Notes under the pieces: model-generated
Database searches by the model: none
Told to the model about the DNA's origin: nothing
What the model saw: the letters and a program-made list of their open reading frames with translations, nothing else
Made by a program: the position numbers and the translations under genes
Assembly: GCA_002753335.1 (NCBI GenBank)
Contig: PEAD01000015.1
Location: 50,939-70,938, forward strand
Reading direction: 5' to 3'
Origin: Nitrospirae bacterium MYbin3
GTDB taxonomy: Bacteria > Nitrospirota > Thermodesulfovibrionia > Thermodesulfovibrionales > Dissulfurispiraceae
DNA: 20,000 bases
Shown here: in pieces, positions 1 through 7,795 of the stretch
Layout: each line of letters starts with the position of its first letter
Numbering within the stretch: the first letter of the stretch is position 1

Positions 1-551
1 ATAACATAAACCCCGCGTGGATTGCCGGACGCGATATTGGTGGGGCTTTCCCCCAAAAACGGCTGGCCGTTGCCTCCTGTAGATCCCGAAGTGCAGCATG
101 TGCATCTTGTTATATACTGGTTTGTGGTGTCATAAACATACCGTATCACCTCGTTCGGCTGTCCCGTGCTGCCGATAATCCCGTCTCCATTAATATCGGC
201 CTCTACCATAATGGCGGTTGACGATGACTCCATTATGCCTCTCCGTGAAGTATATGCCGGGGATGATGTCAGGACACTACATTGGCCACTGCTGTTTGAG
301 GCCGGATCTGCCCATATTGTAGAGGTCCCCGGGGTGGTTGTGGTGGGGTTGTAAGAGGCCATGCCTATCTCCATCGCCATCATATCGAGCACCGCCCTCA
401 CATCCTGCTGTCCCGAAACTTTCTTCTCCTCGGTTCTTGTAGCGTAAGTGCTCGCCTGTATTGCTATCAGCATGCCGCCCATCAACATTATAGATATAGC
501 TACCGCAAGCAGCATCTCAACAAGAGAGAATCCTTTATTATTTTTAATCAT
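1..551 (-). CDS. pilW: Type IV minor pilin, PilW-like (3' end runs off the window; not in the ORF track)
   Basis: Manual translation gives MIKNNKG|FSLVEMLLAVAISIMLMGGML...QQDVRAVLDMMAMEIGMASYNP..., open to base 1. It has a class III prepilin cleavage motif (G|FxxxE) and a PilW-like 'R..LD.M..EI.MA.Y' helix. The ATG at 551 overlaps the pilV stop (ATGA); an alternative in-frame ATG at 560 has GGAG upstream. Confidence 0.8.
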   Translation of the reverse strand, partial: MIKNNKGFSLVEMLLAVAISIMLMGGMLIAIQASTYATRTEEKKVSGQQDVRAVLDMMAMEIGMASYNPTTTTPGTSTIWADPASNSSGQCSVLTSSPAYTSRRGIMESSSTAIMVEADINGDGIIGSTGQPNEVIRYVYDTTNQYITRCTCCTSGSTGGNGQPFLGESPTNIASGNPRGVYV

Positions 552-997
552 GGTATACATGCAATTGCTCCAGGACATGTCGAACACCCCGATTTAAAAA
601 ATTCCTGATTGCTGACCACTATGCTCTCGGAATATCCGGTTGTGTTGCCGGGCCATGTAACCTTAACCGTCACCCTCCACATAGAGCCTACAGCAGCAAC
701 GGTTCGCTGCACAGTAAACGGCAGGTCGCCCGACTGCCAAGTGCTTCCGCTCGAATAGACGTTAGTTGTGCTATTCGTCGGGGTAGCGCAACAACAGTTC
801 ATTATGGCGAGCTGTGCCTGTTCCAGATTCTGATGCATAAGGGCTGCTGCGCGCCCGATGCGGTCGGACTGAAGTGTAAGCTTTGAACCTTGAGGGAAAA
901 CAGCAAGCGTGCCAATTATGCCTATCATAAGTATCACCAACGCGACTATCACCTCTAAAAGCGTAAGGCCGCGGTTATTGCAATGTGTAGGTAACAT
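548..997 (-). CDS. pilV: Type IV minor pilin, PilV-like, Cys-rich
   Basis: Prepilin motif NNRG|LTLLEVIVALVILMIGIIGTLAVF and C-terminal 'RVTVKVTW' strand typical of PilV/GspI-like proteins; lies between FimT-like and PilW-like genes. Confidence 0.75.
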   Translation of the reverse strand: MLPTHCNNRGLTLLEVIVALVILMIGIIGTLAVFPQGSKLTLQSDRIGRAAALMHQNLEQAQLAIMNCCCATPTNSTTNVYSSGSTWQSGDLPFTVQRTVAAVGSMWRVTVKVTWPGNTTGYSESIVVSNQEFFKSGCSTCPGAIACIP

Positions 998-1454
998 AGG
1001 CCTTCCCTGTAATATTAACAGTTATAACCGCACTTGACCCCCCGCAGGTCACAAGAGTAACCGAGCCCGGAGTTATCGTACCTCTCGTATCAAACTGTAC
1101 AATAGCGCCCGAAAATGGGTTTCCGCTTATGCTTATACCCGAGTCAAAAGTATTAATGTTCGTTGTGGAAAGATTAGTGTAAGCAGCACATGGCACCTCA
1201 GCAACATTGTTGCACCGGCTGATTGTATAGCTGGACCCGGAAAAAGTTAGCCTGTACAATCTATTCTCAGATGTGGTCTTTAGTTTCAGTTCGATAAAAT
1301 CCCCCTGAATACTTCTTGCCGCTGTTTTTAGTCTGTTGTTTTGTATGTAATGCATAAGATTCGGAAAACCGACCGCAATCATAGCCCCCATTACCGCGAC
1401 GATTACCAAAAGTTCTACAAGCGTGAAGCCTTTTTTATTTTGTCTTGATATCAT
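975..1454 (-). CDS. Type IV minor pilin, FimT/FimU (GspH-like)
   Basis: KKG|FTLVELLVIVAVMGAMIAVGFP prepilin motif, 'RLKTAARSIQGDF', 'QFDTRG' and terminal 'VNITGKAYV' match the FimT/GspH pattern; RBS GGGAG upstream. Confidence 0.85.
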   Translation of the reverse strand: MISRQNKKGFTLVELLVIVAVMGAMIAVGFPNLMHYIQNNRLKTAARSIQGDFIELKLKTTSENRLYRLTFSGSSYTISRCNNVAEVPCAAYTNLSTTNINTFDSGISISGNPFSGAIVQFDTRGTITPGSVTLVTCGGSSAVITVNITGKAYVTYTLQ

Positions 1455-1481
1455 CTGTTTTCTCCCTGCCCTAAAAACTAA

Positions 1482-1497
1482 AGCAATTTTAATGCCT
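1482..1497 (-). promoter_or_regulatory. Sigma54 (-24/-12) promoter for the minor pilin operon
   Basis: Minus strand AGGCAT-TAAAA-TTGCT has exact GG-N10-GC spacing and is close to TGGCAC-N5-TTGCW; 27 nt upstream of the FimT ATG and downstream of the pilQ terminator. Confidence 0.7.
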
Positions 1498-1532
1498 CAA
1501 AATTAATTATTATTTTTCAACAATAACCTATT

Positions 1533-1572
1533 AAAACAAACAAAGACTATGTAACTGCTTACATAGTCTTTG
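1533..1572 (-). terminator. Intrinsic terminator after pilQ
   Basis: Perfect 14-bp inverted repeat CAAAGACTATGTAA (1541-1554) / TTACATAGTCTTTG (1559-1572) with a 4-nt loop, followed on the minus strand by TTTGTTTT. Confidence 0.8.
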
Positions 1573-1602
1573 GGTAGTACGATTCACACTTTGTGCCAAA
1601 AG

Positions 1603-3777
1603 TTATATCTTCATTATTCTCGGTGTGATAAAGATTATAAGCTCTTCGGTGTCATCGGCATCGGTCTTAGTCTTAAATAGCCATCCAAGCCCGGGTATTT
1701 TAGACAGCCCCGGAGTGCCCTGCTCGTTCTTAGTGGTAGAATTTTTCATTATGCCGCCTATTACTACGGTTTCACCATCTTTTACCATAATCTGCGTCTG
1801 AGCCTGTCTGGTGTCTATGGCAGGATTGCCCTGAGTATCCCTGAAAGCCCAGTCCGGCTCGTCCTTATTAATTTCAACCTTAAGCACCATAGTGCCGTCC
1901 GGAGCGATCTGCGGGGTTACCGTAAGCTTAAGGTTGGCGTCAATATAAGTAGTGGTATAGTTTCCGTCCTTGCCTACAGTGGTAATAGGAACCCTTTTGC
2001 CGTGCTTGATAACAGCCTGCTCATTTTCTAACGTCATGACTCTCGGATTAGAAAGTATCTTGCCTTTACCCGAACCTTCAATAGCAGAAAGCCTCATATC
2101 CAAACCAATAGTTTGAGCAGCATTCAGGTATGACATGGTTACCGCGGCGGTGGGATTTGCATACGATGTGTTCGTGATCGCTCCGACGCCCATAAGAGAA
2201 GTATTAAAGCTCGAACTAAGAGTTGTAGAGTCTAGCCTGTCGCCTGCTGAAGGCACAAAGGTCGGTGATGACCCGCCCTGCGACTGCAATGCTGAAGCGC
2301 CTCTTGATCCTGCATACTGAAGGCCGTTCCTGCCGCCCACTGAAAATCTCCTCATTCCCCATTCAACACCCAAGCTTTTGTATGCGTTGGATTTCATCTC
2401 GACTATGCGGGCTTCGATAAGCACCTGCGGGGTTGCTATATCCAGCATTTCCACAAGCTTCTGTATCTCAGAGATTCCGGTCGGAGTATCCTTGACTATC
2501 AGGGAACGGGTTCTCACATCTGTGCTGATGCTGCCTCTCATAGACAAAACCTTCGCATCTTTAATAGCAGCGCTAATCTTGTCAACATTGGCGTAGTTGA
2601 CCACAAAGACCTTTGTGAGAATATCTTCGGCCTTTGTCTGTGCCTCTTTCGTATCAACTAAAGCTTTTTTCTCATCCTGAAAAACTTTATTGGGAGCGAT
2701 TCTTATCACATTGCCCTCTATCGCTTTTTCGAGCGTAAAGGTTTTAAGGATCAAGTCCAGAGACTGCTCCCACTCAACATTAGCCAGCTTCATCGTTATC
2801 TTGCCCTTTACATCAGGGTGTATCAGGATGTTATACCCGCCAACATCACCCAACAGCCTCAGTATCGGCAGTATATCGGCATCCTGAAAATCTAGCGATA
2901 CGGTCTGGGGCTTAGGCTTTAAGGCTTCGGCCGTTCTGGACGAATCCATCTGCATCGCCGAATCCTTGGCGCCGTCTTTTTTAATTACGTTTTTATCGAG
3001 AATGCTTACTACCACCTCATCGTCAACAACGGTAACCTCGGTATAGTAGCCTCTCTGGAGTTCGAGCATAAACCTGATGCGATCCTTCTCATCCCTGTAA
3101 CGAATTCCTTTTACAGGGGACGGCACGGATGAAGGCATAGAGGCCTTCATTATAACGTCAGGAACATCTATATATACCGAATTTTCGAGCTCAATAACCG
3201 AAGGCTCAGAAAGATTGCCGTCGCTCTTGATAATCAAATCATAGCCCTCGTTAGTCTTGTCAAAGAAAACACCGGTTATCTCTTTTGCGGTGCCCTTATC
3301 CGAAATATCAGTCGCTGCCGGCATACTCCTTTCAACAGATGCAGAAACTTCTCTAACCGGTGCAGCATCCTTTACCGGCTTATCATTCCTTTCGGCAACC
3401 AGCGTAAGGGTGTTCGATGATTTATTGGCTTTAACTTCCATCGGCGACTGAAGCAGAATATCTAGCTTTGTCATCGTAGAAGGGTAAGTCACAGCAATTG
3501 GGGTAACCTCGGTTATACCCTGCTTATAAGAAATTATTTTTGTCCTGTAATTGCCGCTGCTTATGCCTTCAAGGTCAACGATAACGCGAAACGGATCGGC
3601 CGAATTCTGCAGCTTATATGTAAAGGGGCCGTCCGCCTTAACGGTGACCGAATAATCCGAAACCGTTATGTCGGTTATTTTAGAAAGACCTGTTTTTTCT
3701 CCTGCCTGCGCTGTTGCGGCAAAGATTAAAAAGCAGGAGACGGCAAGAAACAGGAATGCTGCAGCAATTTTTTTCAT
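1603..3777 (-). CDS. pilQ: Type IV pilus secretin PilQ
   Basis: Signal peptide, AMIN-like N-terminal domains, 'VSLDFQDADI' N0 domain, 'PQVLIEARIVE', and secretin C-terminus 'VKDGETVVIGG...PGLSKIPGLGWLFK...EELIIFITPRI'. Confidence 0.97.
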   Translation of the reverse strand: MKKIAAAFLFLAVSCFLIFAATAQAGEKTGLSKITDITVSDYSVTVKADGPFTYKLQNSADPFRVIVDLEGISSGNYRTKIISYKQGITEVTPIAVTYPSTMTKLDILLQSPMEVKANKSSNTLTLVAERNDKPVKDAAPVREVSASVERSMPAATDISDKGTAKEITGVFFDKTNEGYDLIIKSDGNLSEPSVIELENSVYIDVPDVIMKASMPSSVPSPVKGIRYRDEKDRIRFMLELQRGYYTEVTVVDDEVVVSILDKNVIKKDGAKDSAMQMDSSRTAEALKPKPQTVSLDFQDADILPILRLLGDVGGYNILIHPDVKGKITMKLANVEWEQSLDLILKTFTLEKAIEGNVIRIAPNKVFQDEKKALVDTKEAQTKAEDILTKVFVVNYANVDKISAAIKDAKVLSMRGSISTDVRTRSLIVKDTPTGISEIQKLVEMLDIATPQVLIEARIVEMKSNAYKSLGVEWGMRRFSVGGRNGLQYAGSRGASALQSQGGSSPTFVPSAGDRLDSTTLSSSFNTSLMGVGAITNTSYANPTAAVTMSYLNAAQTIGLDMRLSAIEGSGKGKILSNPRVMTLENEQAVIKHGKRVPITTVGKDGNYTTTYIDANLKLTVTPQIAPDGTMVLKVEINKDEPDWAFRDTQGNPAIDTRQAQTQIMVKDGETVVIGGIMKNSTTKNEQGTPGLSKIPGLGWLFKTKTDADDTEELIIFITPRIMKI

Positions 3778-4454
3778 TCTTCCCCCCTGCGGAGTTTTAA
3801 AGGATTCTCCTTGATAATGAGCCTTCCTCTTTCGTCCTTTATTTTCTCTTTAATAATAACAGAATCCTGAGTTATTTTATAAACGCGTCCTTCACTGGAA
3901 CATACGAGCATGCCTGCCCTGACAGTATATGATTTGCCGTCAGGAAGCTTTACGAGTCCATAGTATCCTTCTTTGCCTTTTACAATAGCGGTAAGCTGAA
4001 CATCGGCCAACGAGCAGTCTTCAAGCGGGCTCAACCTCTTTTTATCGGTCTTCTTTTCTAAAATTTCTTTAGGGATAAGCAGCGGCATAAAAGGGTCGCG
4101 CTTTCCTAAGGAGGTGTATTGAGCCGGCTGCTGAGTCTGAGGAGGCAATTGCGCGGTTTTGTTGTCAGGCTTTACCGACTGCACCGTCTTATTGTCAGTC
4201 TTTCCCTGATGAATAGTTTTATTGTCAGACTGCGCGGTTTTGTTGTCGGGCTGTTTCTTTGCGGTGGCATTGTCTTTGCCCTTAGGCATAGGCACAGCAG
4301 CGGGCTTTGCCGTTGTAGGTTGCTCAGAAGAAGAGGGCATCAGAAAAAATATCGCGACCCCAGCAATAATTAAAACCAGGACCCCCCCCACAACCATCTG
4401 CAGGCGGCGGTCGGATTTAAGTTTTTCTATGATGTCCCCAACCTGAAAGCCCAA
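3774..4454 (-). CDS. pilP: Type IV pilus assembly protein PilP (TM-anchored, no lipobox)
   Basis: 'RDPFMPL', 'SPLEDCSLADVQLTAIV' and 'PDGKSYTVRAG..V...EGRVYKIT' match the PilP domain; lies between pilO and pilQ. TTG start directly follows the pilO stop, so the start is somewhat uncertain. Confidence 0.9.
   Translation of the reverse strand: MGFQVGDIIEKLKSDRRLQMVVGGVLVLIIAGVAIFFLMPSSSEQPTTAKPAAVPMPKGKDNATAKKQPDNKTAQSDNKTIHQGKTDNKTVQSVKPDNKTAQLPPQTQQPAQYTSLGKRDPFMPLLIPKEILEKKTDKKRLSPLEDCSLADVQLTAIVKGKEGYYGLVKLPDGKSYTVRAGMLVCSSEGRVYKITQDSVIIKEKIKDERGRLIIKENPLKLRRGEE
4150..4275 (-). repeat. Intragenic DN(K/A)T peptide repeats in the PilP linker
   Basis: DNAT plus four DNKT; an identical 17-mer tgcgcggttttgttgtc occurs at 4150-4166 and 4231-4247. 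Confidence 0.8.
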
Positions 4455-4455
4455 G

Positions 4456-5115
4456 CTACTTCTTCTCCTTATCTTTTTTCTCTTTTTCTTCTTTTTCCTT
4501 CTTTGCTTTTTCTTTGAGAATCTTTTTCTCTTTCTCTGGTATCATCGAATACGTTGCTGCTATAAATTCCACATTCACCAGCGACAATGTTTTGCTGTCT
4601 TTAACTTTACTGCCCTCGATGCCTATATTCGAAACATTAACAAGCCTGTCAAGCCCCGCTATTTTGCTGAACAACATTCCTGCGTTATGATAATAGCCGC
4701 TCAACTGAACGACTAAAGGTATCTCATACACTTCGTTGCTCGGATGAACCACACGCACTTTGGGCTTCCAAGACTGTATTGTCATGCCCTCTTTTATGCT
4801 GAGTTCCGAGATCTGTTTAAGTAATCCGGAAATCTCTTTTTCCTCAGGCAGCTTTCGCTTAAGTTCTGCGAGTTTTGCCGAAATTATTGTATTCTCGGAT
4901 TTAATCTTGCCCATCTTGGCGGTATCTTTTTTAAGGCTATCTATAACCTTGGTCTGGTTGTCCAGCTCTTCTCCAAGCTTGCCCATAGTCTCATAGTCCG
5001 GCATCATGAAAAGATAAACGGCCAACCCTATTATCAGCACAGGCGGGATGATCAGAAGCAGCTTCTTCTGAACAGGCGTCATTGTCTCTACATTGATGTT
5101 TAGTTCAAGCCCCAT
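4456..5115 (-). CDS. pilO: Type IV pilus assembly protein PilO
   Basis: N-terminal TM helix, coiled coil, 'LPEEKEISGLLKQIS', 'YEIPLVVQLSGYYHN...F..IAGLDRLVNV'; position in pilMNOPQ. Confidence 0.93.
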   Translation of the reverse strand: MGLELNINVETMTPVQKKLLLIIPPVLIIGLAVYLFMMPDYETMGKLGEELDNQTKVIDSLKKDTAKMGKIKSENTIISAKLAELKRKLPEEKEISGLLKQISELSIKEGMTIQSWKPKVRVVHPSNEVYEIPLVVQLSGYYHNAGMLFSKIAGLDRLVNVSNIGIEGSKVKDSKTLSLVNVEFIAATYSMIPEKEKKILKEKAKKEKEEKEKKDKEKK

Positions 5116-5765
5116 TATCCACCCACCAGCACCATGAATTTATATACAGGCGTCTTGGCTATCTCTTCGCGTTTGGTTTCGGCTAAATAGGCAATGGCAT
5201 ATTTCTTTTTTATATTAGCTATATATGAAACTATGTCATTATTTGTAAAAGCATATCCTTCAAGATAAATAGCCTTTCCTGAAGCCATTATGTCCTTGTA
5301 CTCCATCGTAGAACTGAACGCAGCAAACTTTTCGGGGTTGGATGCCTCGCGCACAAGGTCCTTATCCAGAAACGCAACTACGGTGAGCCATACACCTTCG
5401 GGAAGCATCGAACTCATATCATCAAGCACCGTTACGGGCAAAGACTGTTTTTTGCTGAGCGTTTCTATAAGCCCGCTGAACTGCTCCATCTCTTTTTTCA
5501 TGTCTTCAAGCTTTATGACATCTGCTGCCTGCTTTTCAAGGTCGGCGAGAGTTTTTTTATTCGTTTCGATCTGGTCTTTCAGGCTCGATACTTTATGCAT
5601 CAAGTAGGCGGTGCCGCCGCCGGCAATAAGCAGGGCCAAGCCTGTGGTGGCCCCCAATATTATGAGAAACATCTTGGGGCCTTGAAGCGCTGAAGGGGCT
5701 TTTTTCTTTTTCTTCTTCTTTTTCTTCTGTTCTTCGGTTACTGTGAGAAGATTGATTTTTATCAT
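5115..5765 (-). CDS. pilN: Type IV pilus assembly protein PilN
   Basis: N-terminal 'MIKINLL' PilM-binding motif, TM helix, coiled coil, 'LPEGVWLT', 'LEGYAFTNNDIVSYIANI'. Confidence 0.93.
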   Translation of the reverse strand: MIKINLLTVTEEQKKKKKKKKKAPSALQGPKMFLIILGATTGLALLIAGGGTAYLMHKVSSLKDQIETNKKTLADLEKQAADVIKLEDMKKEMEQFSGLIETLSKKQSLPVTVLDDMSSMLPEGVWLTVVAFLDKDLVREASNPEKFAAFSSTMEYKDIMASGKAIYLEGYAFTNNDIVSYIANIKKKYAIAYLAETKREEIAKTPVYKFMVLVGG

Positions 5766-6827
5766 CTACTTGTCATCCTCACGCCTTAGAGCAAGCCCGA
5801 CAGCTACTGCAGCCATCGGCCCCATATCCTTAAGGAACTCCTTGTTGAGTGCATCAGGAATTTTAAATCTTTTGAAAGGATCGGCAACCTCCACCTCAAT
5901 GCCCAGCCTCTCTCCGAGCGCTTCAGAAAACCCCTTAATTAGGGCCGCTCCGCCGGCGAGTATTATGCCGTTTATCTCCTCAAAACCGACGCTGCTCCTG
6001 AAGTAGTCGAAAGAGCGTGATATCTCTCCAAATATATCCTCAGATGCATTAGCGATAACAGTCTCTGCCTGTTCGGGATCAACTCCGTCGATGGCGCGTC
6101 CCATTTTCAGCCTCTCGGCATCCTCTTTTGATATGCTCAACTCCTCTACAAGCATATCAGTATGATGGCCGCTTCCTATCGCGCTGTCTCTGGTGAAAAC
6201 AGGCAGTCCGTCCTGAAGTATGTTTATTATCGAATTCGTGGCGCCTATGTTTATCAGCGCAGCAATCCGCTTCTCGCTTATATCGTAATTGAATTCGTAC
6301 ATATTGCTGAGCGCAAAAGAATCAACATCGGCAAGGATAACATCAAGGCCCGCATCTTCAGCAACTTCAACATAGTCATTTATCACGGTCTTCTTTGCCG
6401 CAACCAGAACAACATCCATCTGCCCCTCTTCATCCTGCTTGGGGCCGAGTATCTGAAAATCAAGGTTGACATCATTGATGTCAAAAGGTATGTATTGCTC
6501 AGCTTCATAGCGTATAGAATTGGTGAGCTCTTCTTCGGTCATTGTGGGGATTGTGATGCGTTTTATTATTACGGATGAATGGCCCGAAACGCCTATGATT
6601 GCATCGGCAGACTTGCAGCCGGTCTTTTTCATAAGTTCGCGTATCACCGAAGTAATATGTCCTTTATCGGTGATCGCTCCTTCAGTTATCGTACCCGGAA
6701 GAAGCGGCATCATATCGTAGAAGCCAAGTTCGTATCCGCCCTCTTTAACATCCTTTAACTGCACCATCTTTACATAGCTAGTGCCTATATCAAGGCCTAC
6801 GATATAATTCTTCTTCTTAAAAAACAT
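5766..6827 (-). CDS. pilM: Type IV pilus assembly protein PilM (actin-like ATP-binding)
   Basis: 'VGLDIGTSYVKMV', 'EAEQYIPFDINDVNLDF', 'ALINIGAT', 'ILAGGAALIKG', 'AVAVGLALR'. Confidence 0.97.
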   Translation of the reverse strand: MFFKKKNYIVGLDIGTSYVKMVQLKDVKEGGYELGFYDMMPLLPGTITEGAITDKGHITSVIRELMKKTGCKSADAIIGVSGHSSVIIKRITIPTMTEEELTNSIRYEAEQYIPFDINDVNLDFQILGPKQDEEGQMDVVLVAAKKTVINDYVEVAEDAGLDVILADVDSFALSNMYEFNYDISEKRIAALINIGATNSIINILQDGLPVFTRDSAIGSGHHTDMLVEELSISKEDAERLKMGRAIDGVDPEQAETVIANASEDIFGEISRSFDYFRSSVGFEEINGIILAGGAALIKGFSEALGERLGIEVEVADPFKRFKIPDALNKEFLKDMGPMAAVAVGLALRREDDK

Positions 6828-6832
6828 AGTCT

Positions 6833-6861
6833 TTTTTACCAGAATCGGCGGGGAAAGTCAA
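6833..6861 (-). promoter_or_regulatory. Candidate sigma70 promoter for pilM (possibly leaderless)
   Basis: TTGACT-N17-TAAAAA with TG at the extended -10 position, 5 nt before the ATG; the -10 lacks the conserved final T. Confidence 0.45.
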
Positions 6862-6881
6862 GAAAAAAACCTTGCCGAGCC

Positions 6882-7355
6882 TCATGAATCCTTGTTTTTA
6901 CCAAACTCAAGGATTTTTTCCACAATGCCGGTGGTTGACATTCCATTCACAAACGGCAGACTGCAGGTCTCTTTTGCTATGTCAGAACCCACGATATCCT
7001 CCTTCTTCCAATCTCCACCTTTCACCAGAAAATCAGGCCGCAGTTGTTTGATCAACTCATACGGCGTGTCCTCTTCGAATATCGTTACAAAATCTACGGC
7101 TATCAGTGAGGCAAGCAGCTCAGCCCTGTACGCCTCTGGCACTATCGGCCTGTTGGGTTTTAAATCTTTTACGGATGTATCTGAATTCAACCCCACTATT
7201 AATATATCGCCTAAACCTTTCGATTCCTTTAGATATCTTACGTGCCCCACATGAAGAATATCGAAACAGCCGTTGGTAAAAACTATCTTCTTGCCCTCTG
7301 TTCTGAGCGCATCTATTCTTTTTATGAGCTCTTGGCGTTCGAGTATTTCGCCCAT
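6882..7355 (-). CDS. rfaE2: D-glycero-beta-D-manno-heptose 1-phosphate adenylyltransferase (RfaE/HldE domain II)
   Basis: 'VFTNGCFDILHVGHVRYL', 'GLNSDTSV', 'LVKGGDW', 'STTGIVEKI' cytidylyltransferase-family motifs. Confidence 0.95.
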   Translation of the reverse strand: MGEILERQELIKRIDALRTEGKKIVFTNGCFDILHVGHVRYLKESKGLGDILIVGLNSDTSVKDLKPNRPIVPEAYRAELLASLIAVDFVTIFEEDTPYELIKQLRPDFLVKGGDWKKEDIVGSDIAKETCSLPFVNGMSTTGIVEKILEFGKNKDS

Positions 7356-7789
7356 ATTATGCTGCTCGCCTCCTTAAGAATCTCTTTGTCTCTTTTATAA
7401 GAAAGGGTATTCATAGCATCTTCGATGCCAAACCATCTTGCCTCGTCAACTTCCCAGTTGTGATCGTCTGTGCTGCCTTCAATATATTCCACGAGATAAT
7501 AGGTTACGGTTTTTCTGCATTTAAGATTTTCGTTCTTTAAAAAAAACCAGTACGCCTTCTCGCCTAACATTTCGAGGACTCTGCCTGACAGTCCTGTCTC
7601 TTCACGTATCTCTCTCACAGCAGCATCTTCTCTTTCCTCGCCCCTGTTAATCATACCTTTAGGAAGAGTCCAAATAGTGCTGTTCTTGTTTGCAATCAAG
7701 GTGACCTGCGGAGCAGCCTCCACAAATCTAAAAATCACACCGCCTGCAGAGTGCATATGTTTGATAGTTGCAGGCCTTGCGGTTTTCAT
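7322..7789 (-). CDS. NUDIX hydrolase
   Basis: Nudix box GMINRGEEREDAAVREIREETG, preceded by 'SAGGV' and 'WTLPKG'. Confidence 0.92.
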   Translation of the reverse strand: MKTARPATIKHMHSAGGVIFRFVEAAPQVTLIANKNSTIWTLPKGMINRGEEREDAAVREIREETGLSGRVLEMLGEKAYWFFLKNENLKCRKTVTYYLVEYIEGSTDDHNWEVDEARWFGIEDAMNTLSYKRDKEILKEASSIIWAKYSNAKSS

Positions 7790-7795
7790 AGCATG

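Noticed and set aside
548..551. pilV TGA after a Cys-rich tail as a possible Sec codon
   Set aside because: Explained by the ATGA overlap with pilW; no SECIS-like hairpin is evident in the AT-rich sequence that follows.
1583..1598. TGGCAC-AAAGT-GTGAA just after pilQ as a sigma54 promoter
   Set aside because: The -12 element lacks GC and the site lies upstream of the terminator; at most an activator site.
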